DNA of 55,367 bases, filler included, from Jimgerdemannia flammicorona (Eukaryota): the NCBI GenBank assembly GCA_003990765.1. It is 2 parts of 2 records of this genome, joined end to end, with 100 filler letters (N's around TTAATTAATTAA, not from the genome) between each part and the next. Parts side by side here need not be neighbours in the genome. Positions count along the whole stretch, not along the records: positions 27,738 to 55,367 come from RBNJ01000617.1; 1 more part is not named here. One strand, given 5' to 3'. A program made the position numbers and the translations under genes. Of the stretch, positions 38,620-49,510 are shown one piece after another; the stretch's first letter is position 1, and each line of letters opens with the position of its first letter. Below the pieces are notes generated by a model, which ran no database searches, was not told where the DNA came from, and saw nothing but the letters and a program-made list of their open reading frames with translations.

Positions 38620-41600
38620 TCAGGTTTTAAACACGCTATCGTACTGGAAATTTGTTGTCATGAGTTTGGTGGAACGGCAGATAATCCGATGGCTCCCGAC
38701 GACAACGATAACATGCCCTTTCAGGCGGTCTCGGCCACTCTCCGTAACCCTGACACGCTCATCAAAGACACCCGACTCGTGATACCCCATAACCTCACCC
38801 TTCACGATTGTCTCCATATACGCAATCAGCTGAGTTTCTGCGTTCCGCACGATATCCCTCACCGTCATCAACTCTGACTTTTTCTTCTCCTTCGACCAAA
38901 ACATATACTTCCTGTCTAACAACGCATCATCGTTCTCAGCAACCAGATTCTTGTTCATGTTCTCCGAATTTCTATAATCGACAAACTGATCCCAGTTGTT
39001 AGCTGCCCCTTTTACAAGACCGTTCAGCGTGATGTATTTAAGCTCGATGGCCGTGCCAAGAGATCGCGTGGTGTCGCTCACGTGTCGTGGGGGGATGAAG
39101 ACATCGACAAAGCCAAATCGGCCATCACCCTTCGATTTGGACCCATCCATGACAAGACGAAGTTCGGGGACACGGTTGCGTGGTGGGAGAAGCAACTCGA
39201 CTACCCCTTGGAGCATGGCCTCGCTCGACGTCATCACCGATCTAGTAGAATAAACAAATAAATTGTGAGATATTATTTCCCGAAACTTTTTACTTTCTCC
39301 AGTGATATCATGTCAATCCTCTCACCTCGTTGCCCTTGTTTGGAGGAATGTTTTCAACAGTTCACTGAAACACACAACATCACCAAGTGTGAGTCTGTCA
39401 AAGGCCGGTTGCATGAGGTTGCGGATGTCCTCGCGTACATTTAAAAAGTCTCTGATCCGTTGTAATACCTGAATTTTAATATAGTCGATTTTTTATTATG
39501 TACCTGTCTGTAAAATGCCAAACAACAAATTGTAGCAAAAAAATGACCAAACAATACCTCTGTCTTCATGACATCGTTTGGAATTTTCAGCCTCCCGTTT
39601 GAGCCACGAGTTAGGATTCCCAGATACAGAAGCAGAGACCAACATAGATTTTTCTTTTTTCCAAAGTTGAGCAGCTCGACAAATCCGAATTGGCTGACGA
39701 TCTCCGTATCGACGGATCCGGAGGTGATCAGCTCGATGAGGTTATCGACCGAGAATTCTCCAATGTCTGCGATATACTTGAGTATGTGCATGGAATGGAC
39801 GACTGTGGCTTCATTGGGTTTGGAGACGGATCCGTGGCTAGCCAATTCGCGAAGAAAGTGGAAGACTAGCTGCGGGTTATAGAGGCCAGGAGTGTTCATG
39901 TCGCCGGCGGAGTTCGCGAAATGGTACCCATTGTACAACCGTCGCATGGTGTCGACAATAGGTTCGGCATCCTTTTCATCCTTGCGAAGGTAACATTGCA
40001 CCAGGACACTAACCTCGTCCTCCGTAAAACCGCATATGCCGTGCAGCTCGTGACGCCCTGAAATGATGTCGGTCTCTTGCAGAGGGCTTATACCTTCTCG
40101 GAACGCCGGGGTGACGCCGGTCACAAAAAATTTGGAGATGATCGCGCCGCAATCGCCCATCGTTCCACATCCCTCCTTCAATACGGCGAAGAAGCTCTCC
40201 TTGAAGAACTGCTCGATCTGGGTGACCCTTTGGAGAGTCGCTTGGTTCAACTCTTCGTTAGCGCCCGTGAACACGCTGTTATTTGCCGGTGAATCATACT
40301 CGTCCACTCCGACGAAAAGGGTGTAATTAGATGAACCAACAAGTTTCTTCATGCGCGAAAAAAATAAAATAAAATAAAATAAAAAACATATGAAAGGAGG
40401 GATCTATAACGCGTTCAGAAAATATGTATCACCGGACATGCAAAACGAAACTTACCAGTAGATTGTTTAGAGACGCAGAAGCATCTCTCGTTACGATCAC
40501 GCTGGCAATATCTGGATATGCCAATTCTTCCTCATATTTTTCGATGAAGACTTTTAGCACCGCGTTGATCTTCTCGTTGAAACTCTCCCTCATTAGGTCA
40601 ATCGAGCCACTTACGCTGATCGATGACAGGTCGAACTTCAGGACAAGGTGCTTGTTGCGCCATGGCGTTGGGTGTTGGCCAATGTAAAGTGGTCCGAACA
40701 GCTCGTGGAACTCGCCAGCAGTGTGTATGTCGTAGTATGTGCACAACAACCCGAGGAAAGCCGATTTACCGAAGCGGCGTGGCCGGAGGAATGTGTAACG
40801 GAAGTGGGTTTGAACCTTCTCGAGCTGCTCGATGTACATCGTCTTGTCGACGAATAACATACTTCCCACGCTGCGGAAATCACGGAAATTGGGATTGCCA
40901 AATGGGACCTCGCGGTTTTGCTGAAATTAAAGATGACGATGGATTAGAGCGAGAGTATAGACGAGAAGATGAATGAGAAGCTTATTACGGTCGTCACACA
41001 ACATAATACATACCATGCCATCATCCTCCGCCACTGACTCGAATATCGTCGATGCGTCATTGACATTCCTAGCTGGAAGGATTTTCGACCTTTTATGGGG
41101 ACGGTCATCTGATAGACGCAGGCTATCCTTACGCTTTCTTTTTGCAGGGACTTTTAAAGAGAAACGATATACGGGGTCCCAGCAAAGCAGTTGAATGTTA
41201 GAATACATAAAGTACGAAAAAACTATGGAAGGAAGTGACATGACGTATAGTGAAATGAAAGAGCAACGAAATTCACACCTTAGGGACCATATATTATGAG
41301 GGGAGCGGATAAGAAATGAAAATCAGTGGGAGGAGCGGGCAATAGGGCAATAGGGCAATAGGGCAATGACACTCCTTTCCTCAGCGGGCCACCCCGTGTA
41401 CGAGTGGCAAAGAGAAAATATTTTGCTTTCACTCGTCCCCAATCGTACACGTTTGCCGATGGTTTAATTAGTTTGTTGCGCGGCACGTACCAGGTTCGCC
41501 GACAAGCCCTATGAATTTCTTCAGATCATTGATCAAGATGACTATCGCTTTCGCCGGTCCACCTGGAACCTTCCAACGCTCCAGATCGTCTTGGGTCAAG

Positions 41601-41911
41601 GCGAGGAAGGCTTTGCCGGCGACTTCTTGGTCTAGGAGGAGTTGAATGTGTCTGTCTTTGAGCTTATACTTGTCTTTGTTGAGATACAGGAATTCGATAA
41701 CGTCACTGTCGCCCCATGCGTCGACTTGTTTTGTTTCAAGATTCCCAGGAATAACGAGGCCGTCGGCGATGGAAGAAACTTGTACGGTTGGGGCAGGTAA
41801 GGCGGGTGAGGCGGCTGAAGCGGGTGAGGCGGCTGAGGTGGGTGAGACGGGTGAGGCGGGTGAGGCGGGTGAAGCACGTGAGGCGCATGAGACAGGGACC
41901 GTTTCCGACAT
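38620..41911 (-). CDS. SAM + AAA-ATPase-like + PD-(D/E)xK nuclease protein (Crinkler/CR-effector-like), 6 exons, ~858 aa
   Basis: Exons 41911-41491, 41150-41014, 40920-40456, 40346-39558, 39468-39326, 39241-38620; all GT-AG and phase-compatible, 2577 nt. SAM-like WGDSDVIEFL..DQEVAGKAFLALT..GPAKAI; FVDKT; Walker A RPRRFGKS; Walker B FVGVDEYD; YNGYHF/YNP; nuclease GFVDVFI..IELKY. Confidence 0.9.
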
Positions 41912-42975
41912 CTACGAAGCAAGGAAAGAGGGACGAATTGGGAAGTGAGAATGACAAAGTTGGGAAAGGTCATGGCACAGAAGGAGAGAGAGAGAAATAA
42001 GACGGTAATGTACGTCAGTGATTTCGCAAAGGGGAAATATTATAGAATATGCGAGCTGTTGGGCAAATGGGAGATGTGTGTCTGGTGACACCCGAATAGT
42101 TCACGTGTTGAAATTTCCGTTGAGTCCCTAATTGCAAAGCCACAACTCTAGCTCGCAGGAATGCAAAGCCACAACTCAACCGCCTTGGGACTGTCAACTA
42201 GGAGCACGTGCGAACAGGTCAATGTTGGCCTTTCAGAAGGATAATGTGCGTATATTCTAATAGTCAGCAGAATAATTAGCGAATTGAGGCCCCGGTATTG
42301 GAACCATCGCGCATTGAAATTAAGATGGAGACAAACCGAGATAAAAAAAAAAATTTCTATTGGAACTCGTCACAAACCGAAACTCGGCAGATCGACGCGC
42401 ATGGTCCGCGCAGCTTTGTTAGTTCGTCGTTTCCCACCTACCACGAGAAACATAACGATTCCCGGCATCATTTCCTTGTTATTGGCATCGCTCGGTACAT
42501 CATGAGGAATTCAAAATGGTGTTTTTCTGTGGCGCAGTGCACTAGAAAGCAGTAAAGCGTCGCTGCACAACCTGTCGAGCTTGATAGATAATACGCGGAT
42601 TCTGACCGCACATTCCTTTCCTGAATATACGCGGATTCCAAATGTTCCAAATCCGGCATTTTTTATTTTATTTTTATTTTGCCAACTATTTATTTAATTT
42701 ATTTAATATATAGAGGTGGCTGCGTATGACAATATGTAATTTCGAGAGTACGCATTATAGGCCTCTTAAACCTCGAAAAAATGAAACGACAGATGCGAAA
42801 TTTTACAAAAGAACATTATCATAATTAGTATCTCATTACGTCTGGAATAAGCAAAAATGATTGCATTGGTTGCAACTTTTGTAAATAACATCACGACCAA
42901 CTCGTACTCAAGACCAAAAAAAAAAAAAAAAAAAAAAACCCGAACAAAAAAAAAAAAAAAAAAATTAGGAAAAAA

Positions 42976-43011
<36 letters not shown>

Positions 43012-43776
43012 CAACGCGTAACGCAAATGTTATAAAGAAAGATCTTGGTAAAATCGGAAGCGATCATGCAACTAGTTGACGCCTACCGACAATGAGCCCA
43101 ATTTTATGATCGAACGACACAATTACGGAAATAATAATAATAAAATAAAATTCGACAACAGCGATAGGCAACAAACGTGCTTGCAGGGCGGCTGACAGTC
43201 ACCAATAAGCTTTCATTGTCACTTGTCTCGTCCACCTTATCCGCCTCCTGGGTGCACTTTTGCTGTTCACGCATGAGCGGTTGGCCATTTTGGAAAAAAA
43301 AATAAAATAAAAGCTTGATATTCGAATCCACAGTGTGTTTAAGACACACAGTCTGACACGAACACAGCTTGATTGCGGGCGTTGTCATCAACTTGGCTGT
43401 TTGTCAGCCGTAGCGACATCTTATGATAAGATCGCGCCACACCAAGGACCATATTGTTATTTGTCATTGGTTTCAGATACCCTGACATATTTGGCACCGC
43501 ACCCCCCTGATCGGTATATCAGTGTTAAACAGCTTGTGTGACGTTGTGGGAACTTAGCCTATTGCTATAGCTACATCTTTCTGGTGACACTAAGACTGTA
43601 AACATTGGGGTCACGACTATGCAGAAGACCAAAATCGGAATCAGGATCGCAGTCGCATATCAGTATGCTGCGTACGTGCCAAATTCTATATAAAATATGA
43701 GCGATTGATTTCCACAATAGGTAACCAAAATTTGTCGAAAGTTATCGCACACTTGACATGAAAGACTCAGCCTCTC

Positions 43777-44044
43777 GGTTATTTATTAGTCCAACTCACA
43801 ACGTGTCATTTTGCAAGCCCGTAGCAGCACTGGTCGCCCCCCCTCTTAGGGTCGCCTTCCAAGGTGTCCCTCGGAATCGAGCGCCACCTCCGTCTTGGTG
43901 GATCTGCCTGACAAAGTCGCGGGATCGTCGGCAAAGATATGAATGTCGTCCCCACGAGTTCGCGAGCTTCTCAACAGGGGTCTGGAAGGCATCGCGATTG
44001 GACCAAATGTGGAATACCTTCCCGGGACGGGCTACTGGGTCCAA
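43777..44044 (+). pseudogene. Degenerate partial duplicate of the 5' part of the downstream DUF4246-like gene
   Basis: Colinear with 44643-45021 (ccaactcacaacgtgtc; aggtgtccctcg; gatctgcctg; gcgagcttctc.acaggggtctgga; gggacgggctactgggtccaa) with several internal deletions. Confidence 0.88.
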
Positions 44045-44586
44045 CCCCAACTATTTGCAATATAGGTTTACTATAATTTTAAGGTTAATTATCTCAATAA
44101 ATAATATTTTTATCTGTTTTTTATTTGTATTTCAATTGTTTATTTTGTTTTTTATTTTATTTTTACTTAATTTATAAATTATATGAGTTCTATCAATGGA
44201 TATCCTTTAGTCCATAATAATATCATAAAAGGGTGTTGTAGGTTTTTTTTTTTTTGCAAAGATTTGAATGGGGATGGCGGATTGTTTTATAACATTTTGC
44301 GGGAAAGCTCGACGAGCGAGGTAGGCTGGAATGAGAGATCGAGGAATTATTCTAAAGAGTGGGTGTGTGAGAGTGAAGATTTTGTTGGGTGAGAGAATTT
44401 GAAGGGGCGAAGCGCAAAACGGAGAGGGGTAGAGACGGAGTTAGTTTATAAGTCATGTTCCGGTTCCGGTCTTCTGCATGGCTGTGACCCAAATGTTTAC
44501 CCCTCTTAGTGTCGCACCAGTATGCTGCGGAAGTCGAAGGAAATATATAACATGACTGATTAAATTCCACCATAGGTAACCGAATT

Positions 44587-45876
44587 ATGTCAATAAACAC
44601 TCGAAAGGTATGGCTCGCTTGCCCTTGACGACCCATCCTGTTGGTTATTTAAAATTCCAACTCACAACGTGTCTTTTTGCAGCAAACTCTGACCGAATTT
44701 TGGAAATTTCGGGTCGCAGCCCTTGTATTTCCTCTTAAGGTCGCCTTTCGAGGTGTCCCTCGAAAAGCCGCGCCAACTGAACCGGAATCCAGCGCAACCT
44801 CAGTCTTCGCAGATCTGCCTGCCGAAGTCGTAGGCCTGCCTGCCGAGGTCACGGTATCGCAGGCTGTTGTCGGCAAAGTCATGAAGCCGATTCTACCTTT
44901 AGTCCTTGTGGCAGACTATGTCGTACCTACGGGTCTCAGCGAGCTTCTCGACAGGGGTCTGGACGTCATCGCGACCGGACCAGACAAGGACTACCTACTG
45001 GGGACGGGCTACTGGGTCCAAGGCCTCATTAATCCTAACCGGTTCCCGTACATTCGAAACGTCAGCACCGTTCGGGACCCACCTATCCCCGAGGAGATGT
45101 ATTGGCAGCTGAATCCCCCACCCCGGCGGCTCCCAAACCAATTCTACGTTGACAAAGACGGTTCTACCACAGTCAGTTCGTATATCAACAACCTCGACCC
45201 GTCCAATAAAGATTTGTACAGGGCCATCGAACAGAGCTTCTCACTTTTTGTGCCAATGTTCGAGAAAATTCTAAAGACGTCCCTCCGCTCGCGTGAGCTG
45301 CAAGTCATTGTCAAGGCCGTCAACTACATTGTGCAGCCAAGTGGTAAGACGTCCCAAGGGGAGTTGCGCCAGGATAGCTCTACACTCGAGCACATCATCG
45401 CCTGTGGTAACTACTACTACTCGACCTCCCCGCATCTCATTGACCGCGGGCTGACGTTCTGGGGGCAATCCGGGTTCAAAAATGGCTGCAAGGTACAGAC
45501 GACGGAGGGCCGACTACTCGCGTTCCACAGCACGCTGGGTCACCAGATGTCCGGGATCGTTAACGAATCAAAGACTGAGGTCGGCATCCGCAAGGTACTC
45601 AGCTTCTACCTTGTCGATCCGAGGCATGAGATTATGTCCACCAAGCATGTGCCAGAACAGCAGTGGGACCGTGTGCGGCATCGGAACATGATGGCGTTAA
45701 ATGAAGTGGTGATAAGGACGATCGGGAGGGGGATGCCAACCGAAGTCTTGCTCGAAATCATGGTGTCGGCCAAGACGGGGTTCACATTGGAAGAGGAGTA
45801 TAAGTACCGGCCACGTTTCTATGACGGATTTCATTATCCTAGGCCGAATGCTGGATCAATTAAGAGTCTGTTTTGA
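44587..45876 (+). CDS. DUF4246-like protein (putative 2OG-Fe(II) dioxygenase fold), ~404 aa
   Basis: Exon 44587-44607 (MSINTRK), intron 44608-44682 (GTATGG..TTTTGCAG), exon 44683-45876 in frame; motifs SYINNLDP, LQVIVK, RKVLSFYLVDP, STKHVPEQQ recalled as typical of DUF4246. Alternative start at ATG 44881. Confidence 0.8.
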
Positions 45877-46280
45877 TTAAATTCCCATTAAAATACATTT
45901 AATATTTGCCAAAATAAAAATAAATAAATTCATTTATGCATAGGTATTTAGAGCAACAGCGCTCTGCCAATTAAACTATTAATTCTGAAATTGCATGTAT
46001 TGTCAATGATATATTTCCAACTCTTCTTATGATACTAAATTACCTTTAAAATATATATACTTTAACTGTTATATAGTTGAACATTATATATTACATTGAT
46101 ATTGATAGTTGAATTTTAGAAATATTGATTATTTTAAATAATAATATATAGTAAATCCAATATAATCAAGTAAAATTATATAATAATAAATATTATATTT
46201 ATATATTTTCTCAAGTTTATCTTAATATTACATGAATTGGTAGTTTAGTAAGATAGATAATAAGTACAACAGGATCCAGT

Positions 46281-47393
46281 CCTTTTTCCAGTAACATTCA
46301 GGTTACACAACCTCTTGGCAACACTTTCAACACAGTTTCTGGAGAAAAGCTACTAGTATCATGACAACCATTGAGCATTCTGAGATATATACTGGACAGG
46401 GTGGCCCAGGTGCTTTCGACTGGCAGTATGTGGGGAGGGGCCCTGGCTTGGGGGGAAGCATGAGGGGCTGGCTGGCAGGAGGATATGGTAGGGGAGAGGG
46501 AAGCACTGGAAGTCAGGGAGCAGAGAGGATGAGCTTTGCAGATAAGGTGAAGGGGAGTCAGCAGAGAACTGGGGTGAAGGGCTGGCTTAGGAGGAACAAG
46601 GAGATAGTGAAGACTGCAGAGCAGTGGCCCCAAGGGAGAGTCTCTCTAGGGGGCCAGAGTAGTGGGACTGATGGTATATGAGCTGAGGGGGTGACTACTG
46701 ATAAGTACATGATGGATAATTAGGAAAAAAATCTAGATGGAACTGCTGATGGTGGACTGAGCAGTGGAAAGGCACAAAGCCTAGTAATCTGATAGATGGT
46801 ATAATGGGACTGATTGTAGTGCTGTTAGTCAAGAAGTTGATCTTGGAGTTTGTAGTTACCTTGTACTTCCTGGGCTTAATAGTGATAGTGAAAATGGTCC
46901 TGGGGCTGATTGCTAAGCAGGTGGCAGAAGCAGCATCTGTGAAGTTTCTAGAGGGACTGGAAGGAGTAGAGGTTGGCTTTGAGGAGACTAGACCATTAAA
47001 GGAGGCACTGAAGGTAGAGTTGATAGTTGGGGAGATGTGTATTCTAATAGCATACTACTTGAGATGAGACCCCAGGGTGGTGCAATTGCTGGTAAGGAGG
47101 GTGTCTATAGTGATAGCTAAGAAGATAAGGAGGAGAGTGAAAGAAGTCATGGCCAAGTATGGCAAGGTAGTTGATGTTGGATTCTGGGTCTGGGAGGTGA
47201 CCTTGTTCAGAACTGGGGATATAGATGTTTGAATTCAGTTGGCTGGGAAGAAGGCTACTGGAAAGGCCAGAGACTGGCCCTCAGTAATAGTCTGGAGAGC
47301 TTTCTTATATAAGGTGATAAGGGTGAAGAGGAGCAAGAAGGAGGAAGAGAATCTGCTGGAGGTGCTGGAAGAGCTAAGTAGTACAGTGAGGGG
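46281..47393 (+). mobile_element. L1-like LINE copy 2: 5' end and partial ORF1
   Basis: 5' cctttttccagtaacattcagg as at 16197; ORF1 YTGQGGPGAFDWQYVGRG, ASVKFLEGLEGVEVGFEE homologous to copies 1 and 4; similarity stops at ~47393. Confidence 0.88.
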
Positions 47394-49510
47394 TCTTCTT
47401 TTGCTCAAACCATTCAGAGTGAGCTAAGCCACATATACATCTCTTTATGAAAAGCAACATGTTTTTAAGTTTTCATTTTACCTATACTGGTGTACAAGGT
47501 GCAGCAGGAGTCTGGCAACAATTTGCATAAGTTTCATTGAAATCTGTCAAGTTTTCAAGATATGGCAACCCAGGGTCCATCAAGCTCAGAGTACCTGGAG
47601 AGGAGAAGGCCTGGCCTGGGTCTTCCTAAGAGTTTTGCAGCAGCTGCTGGTCATGGTAGAGCTGGAAGGCAGGTCAGAGGTCAAGGACTAGTGGCAGGAT
47701 TGGATGGTTGGTGCACAGTGGTGGGGAGTAAGCGGGTGGCCTCTAGGCTTATAGTTGGAGAACAGTAGGAGCATAGTATTGACAGGGGTGAATGTCAGAT
47801 GACTGGTCAGCTGACTGGCCAGGGACCCAACAGGGGTCAGGGTCTGGGAGTATAATGGCTGGGACAGACTTTCCTGGGGCTGGGCTGGTGGCTGGGGGTT
47901 AGACTGCTAGGGGTGCAGTAGCTTCTGGTGAGGTGGTGGCTGGCATGTCCGGAAGCAAGAACAAGGCAACCCTGGCAGCAGGGACTGGTGAGCTGGTGGT
48001 ATGACCATTCTTTCAAAAGTCAGTATTGATGTAGGTGGTCTCTGCCAATTTCTTGGGCCTTGGTCTGTCAGCTAAGGAAGTTCTATGACTGGTGGATGAG
48101 GAGGTAGCAGGGGCAGAGTTGCTGAGGTTTATTCTCTTGGCAGAGGCAGTGAAGGTCGGATTTGTTGAGGAGGAGGCTATGGTGAAGGCCTTGGAGAAGG
48201 GGTTGATAGTTAAGAATGTTAAGATGGGGATGGTGAGGTACCTGAGATGGGACCCATGTGCAGTGAGGTTGGTGGTAGAAGGATTGCCAATGCTGAGCAG
48301 GCAGGAGACCAAGATGGTGATTGCCAAGGCTCTGGAAGGCTTCAGTGAGATGTTGGATTTCAGATTTATGTTTTGGGAGGGCACAAAATTGAGGAATGGC
48401 AATTGTGAGGTAATGATGTGGTTGGAGGAGAAGGAGGTGATGGGTTTGGGGTGAGACTGGCCAGAGGTTATTCATATTGGGGAGCAGGAATGTCAGGTTT
48501 GGAGGAGAAAGACTCTGAGCAGAAAGAGAAGGAGCTGCTGATAGCCCTTGAGGAGCATAATGAGGTGAAGGCTCTGCAGAAGAGGAAATGGGAGAAATTT
48601 GCCAAAGATTGAATCTGGATTGAGATAGATGGAAAGAGGAAGCACTGGTGTAAGGCAAACTGGGAGCAGCTGCAGGCAGTGCTGCAGGCATCTACAGAGG
48701 AGGAGGTTGAAAGGGTAGCATCTGACAGGAATTGAATGGAAGGGGTAGAGGCAGCTGAGGTGTCCTTCTCACAGCTGGGGGGAGTGGGAGAATCCATGCA
48801 TGCACCTATAACAGGGAAGTGAACAGATGGTGAGGAAGAGCAAGGAGCAGACTTCAAAGGAAATGTTGAGGTGGTTCTGGAAACTCAGATGGAAGACATG
48901 GTGATGGCTAGATTGGCAAATATGCACTGGGAATATCCTGAGGCAGAGGTTGGATAAGGTCTCTGAAGAGGATGAGCTGGTGGATGTTGCTTCTGATGTG
49001 TCTGCAGATAGAGAATTGCTTCAGGAGCTATGCAGGACTCCTAGACCTGTGACTCTGGGGCCGCTGGTAATGGTAGCAGATGGCTGGTTCCAGGCAGTCC
49101 TGGAGGAACTAGCAGAGGATGATATTAAGGAAGTGGATGTATTTCAGGGTTCGTCAGAGGCATGGGAAGGATTTCTAAAGGTGGTATTACAAGGACCAAA
49201 GCTGGTGACTGCCATGGTGGCAGCCCTTCTGAAGGATGAAGGATATGAGGTGGATGATACCAGAATGGCAGAGATATATAAGATGGCATCAGAGTGAGTA
49301 GACTCCTTCTATAGCAGTGTCAATGGTGAGAGAATTTGGTGAGTAGTCTGTGAGGAGCATTGAGACATCATTAAGGGCAGAGCTAAGAAGGTGGTGGCAG
49401 TAGCAACTGATATCTAAACTCTAATTTATTATAATGAAGTACATTCTATGAATTCTGTCAATCAATGTCAATAGTTTAAAAGATGGAGTGAAGTGGCAAC
49501 ATCTCAGGCA
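47394..49510 (+). mobile_element. Divergent L1-like LINE copy 3: 5' end, ORF1 and first codons of ORF2
   Basis: Pyrimidine-rich start (tcttcttttgctcaaaccattcag); ORF1 VKVGFVEE..MVRYLRWDP; ORF2 start at 49434 MKYIL*ILSINVNSL (APE motif I), then interrupted. Confidence 0.75.

Noticed and set aside
38620..40920. Bacterial contamination as the source of the ATPase-nuclease gene
   Set aside because: Five GT-AG introns with consistent phases and continuity with eukaryotic transposons show it is a resident gene.
41788..42000. Arg-rich plus-strand ORF (VRR repeats)
   Set aside because: Antisense reading of the 9-bp repeat encoding SPA units in exon 1 of the nuclease gene.
42766..43026. Poly-Phe ORF and A-tracts
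   Set aside because: Low-complexity intergenic poly(A); no retroposon body or TSD seen.
44677..44682. TTG start of the 399-aa ORF
   Set aside because: Lies in a likely intron acceptor (TTTTGCAG); an upstream ATG exon at 44587 fits better.
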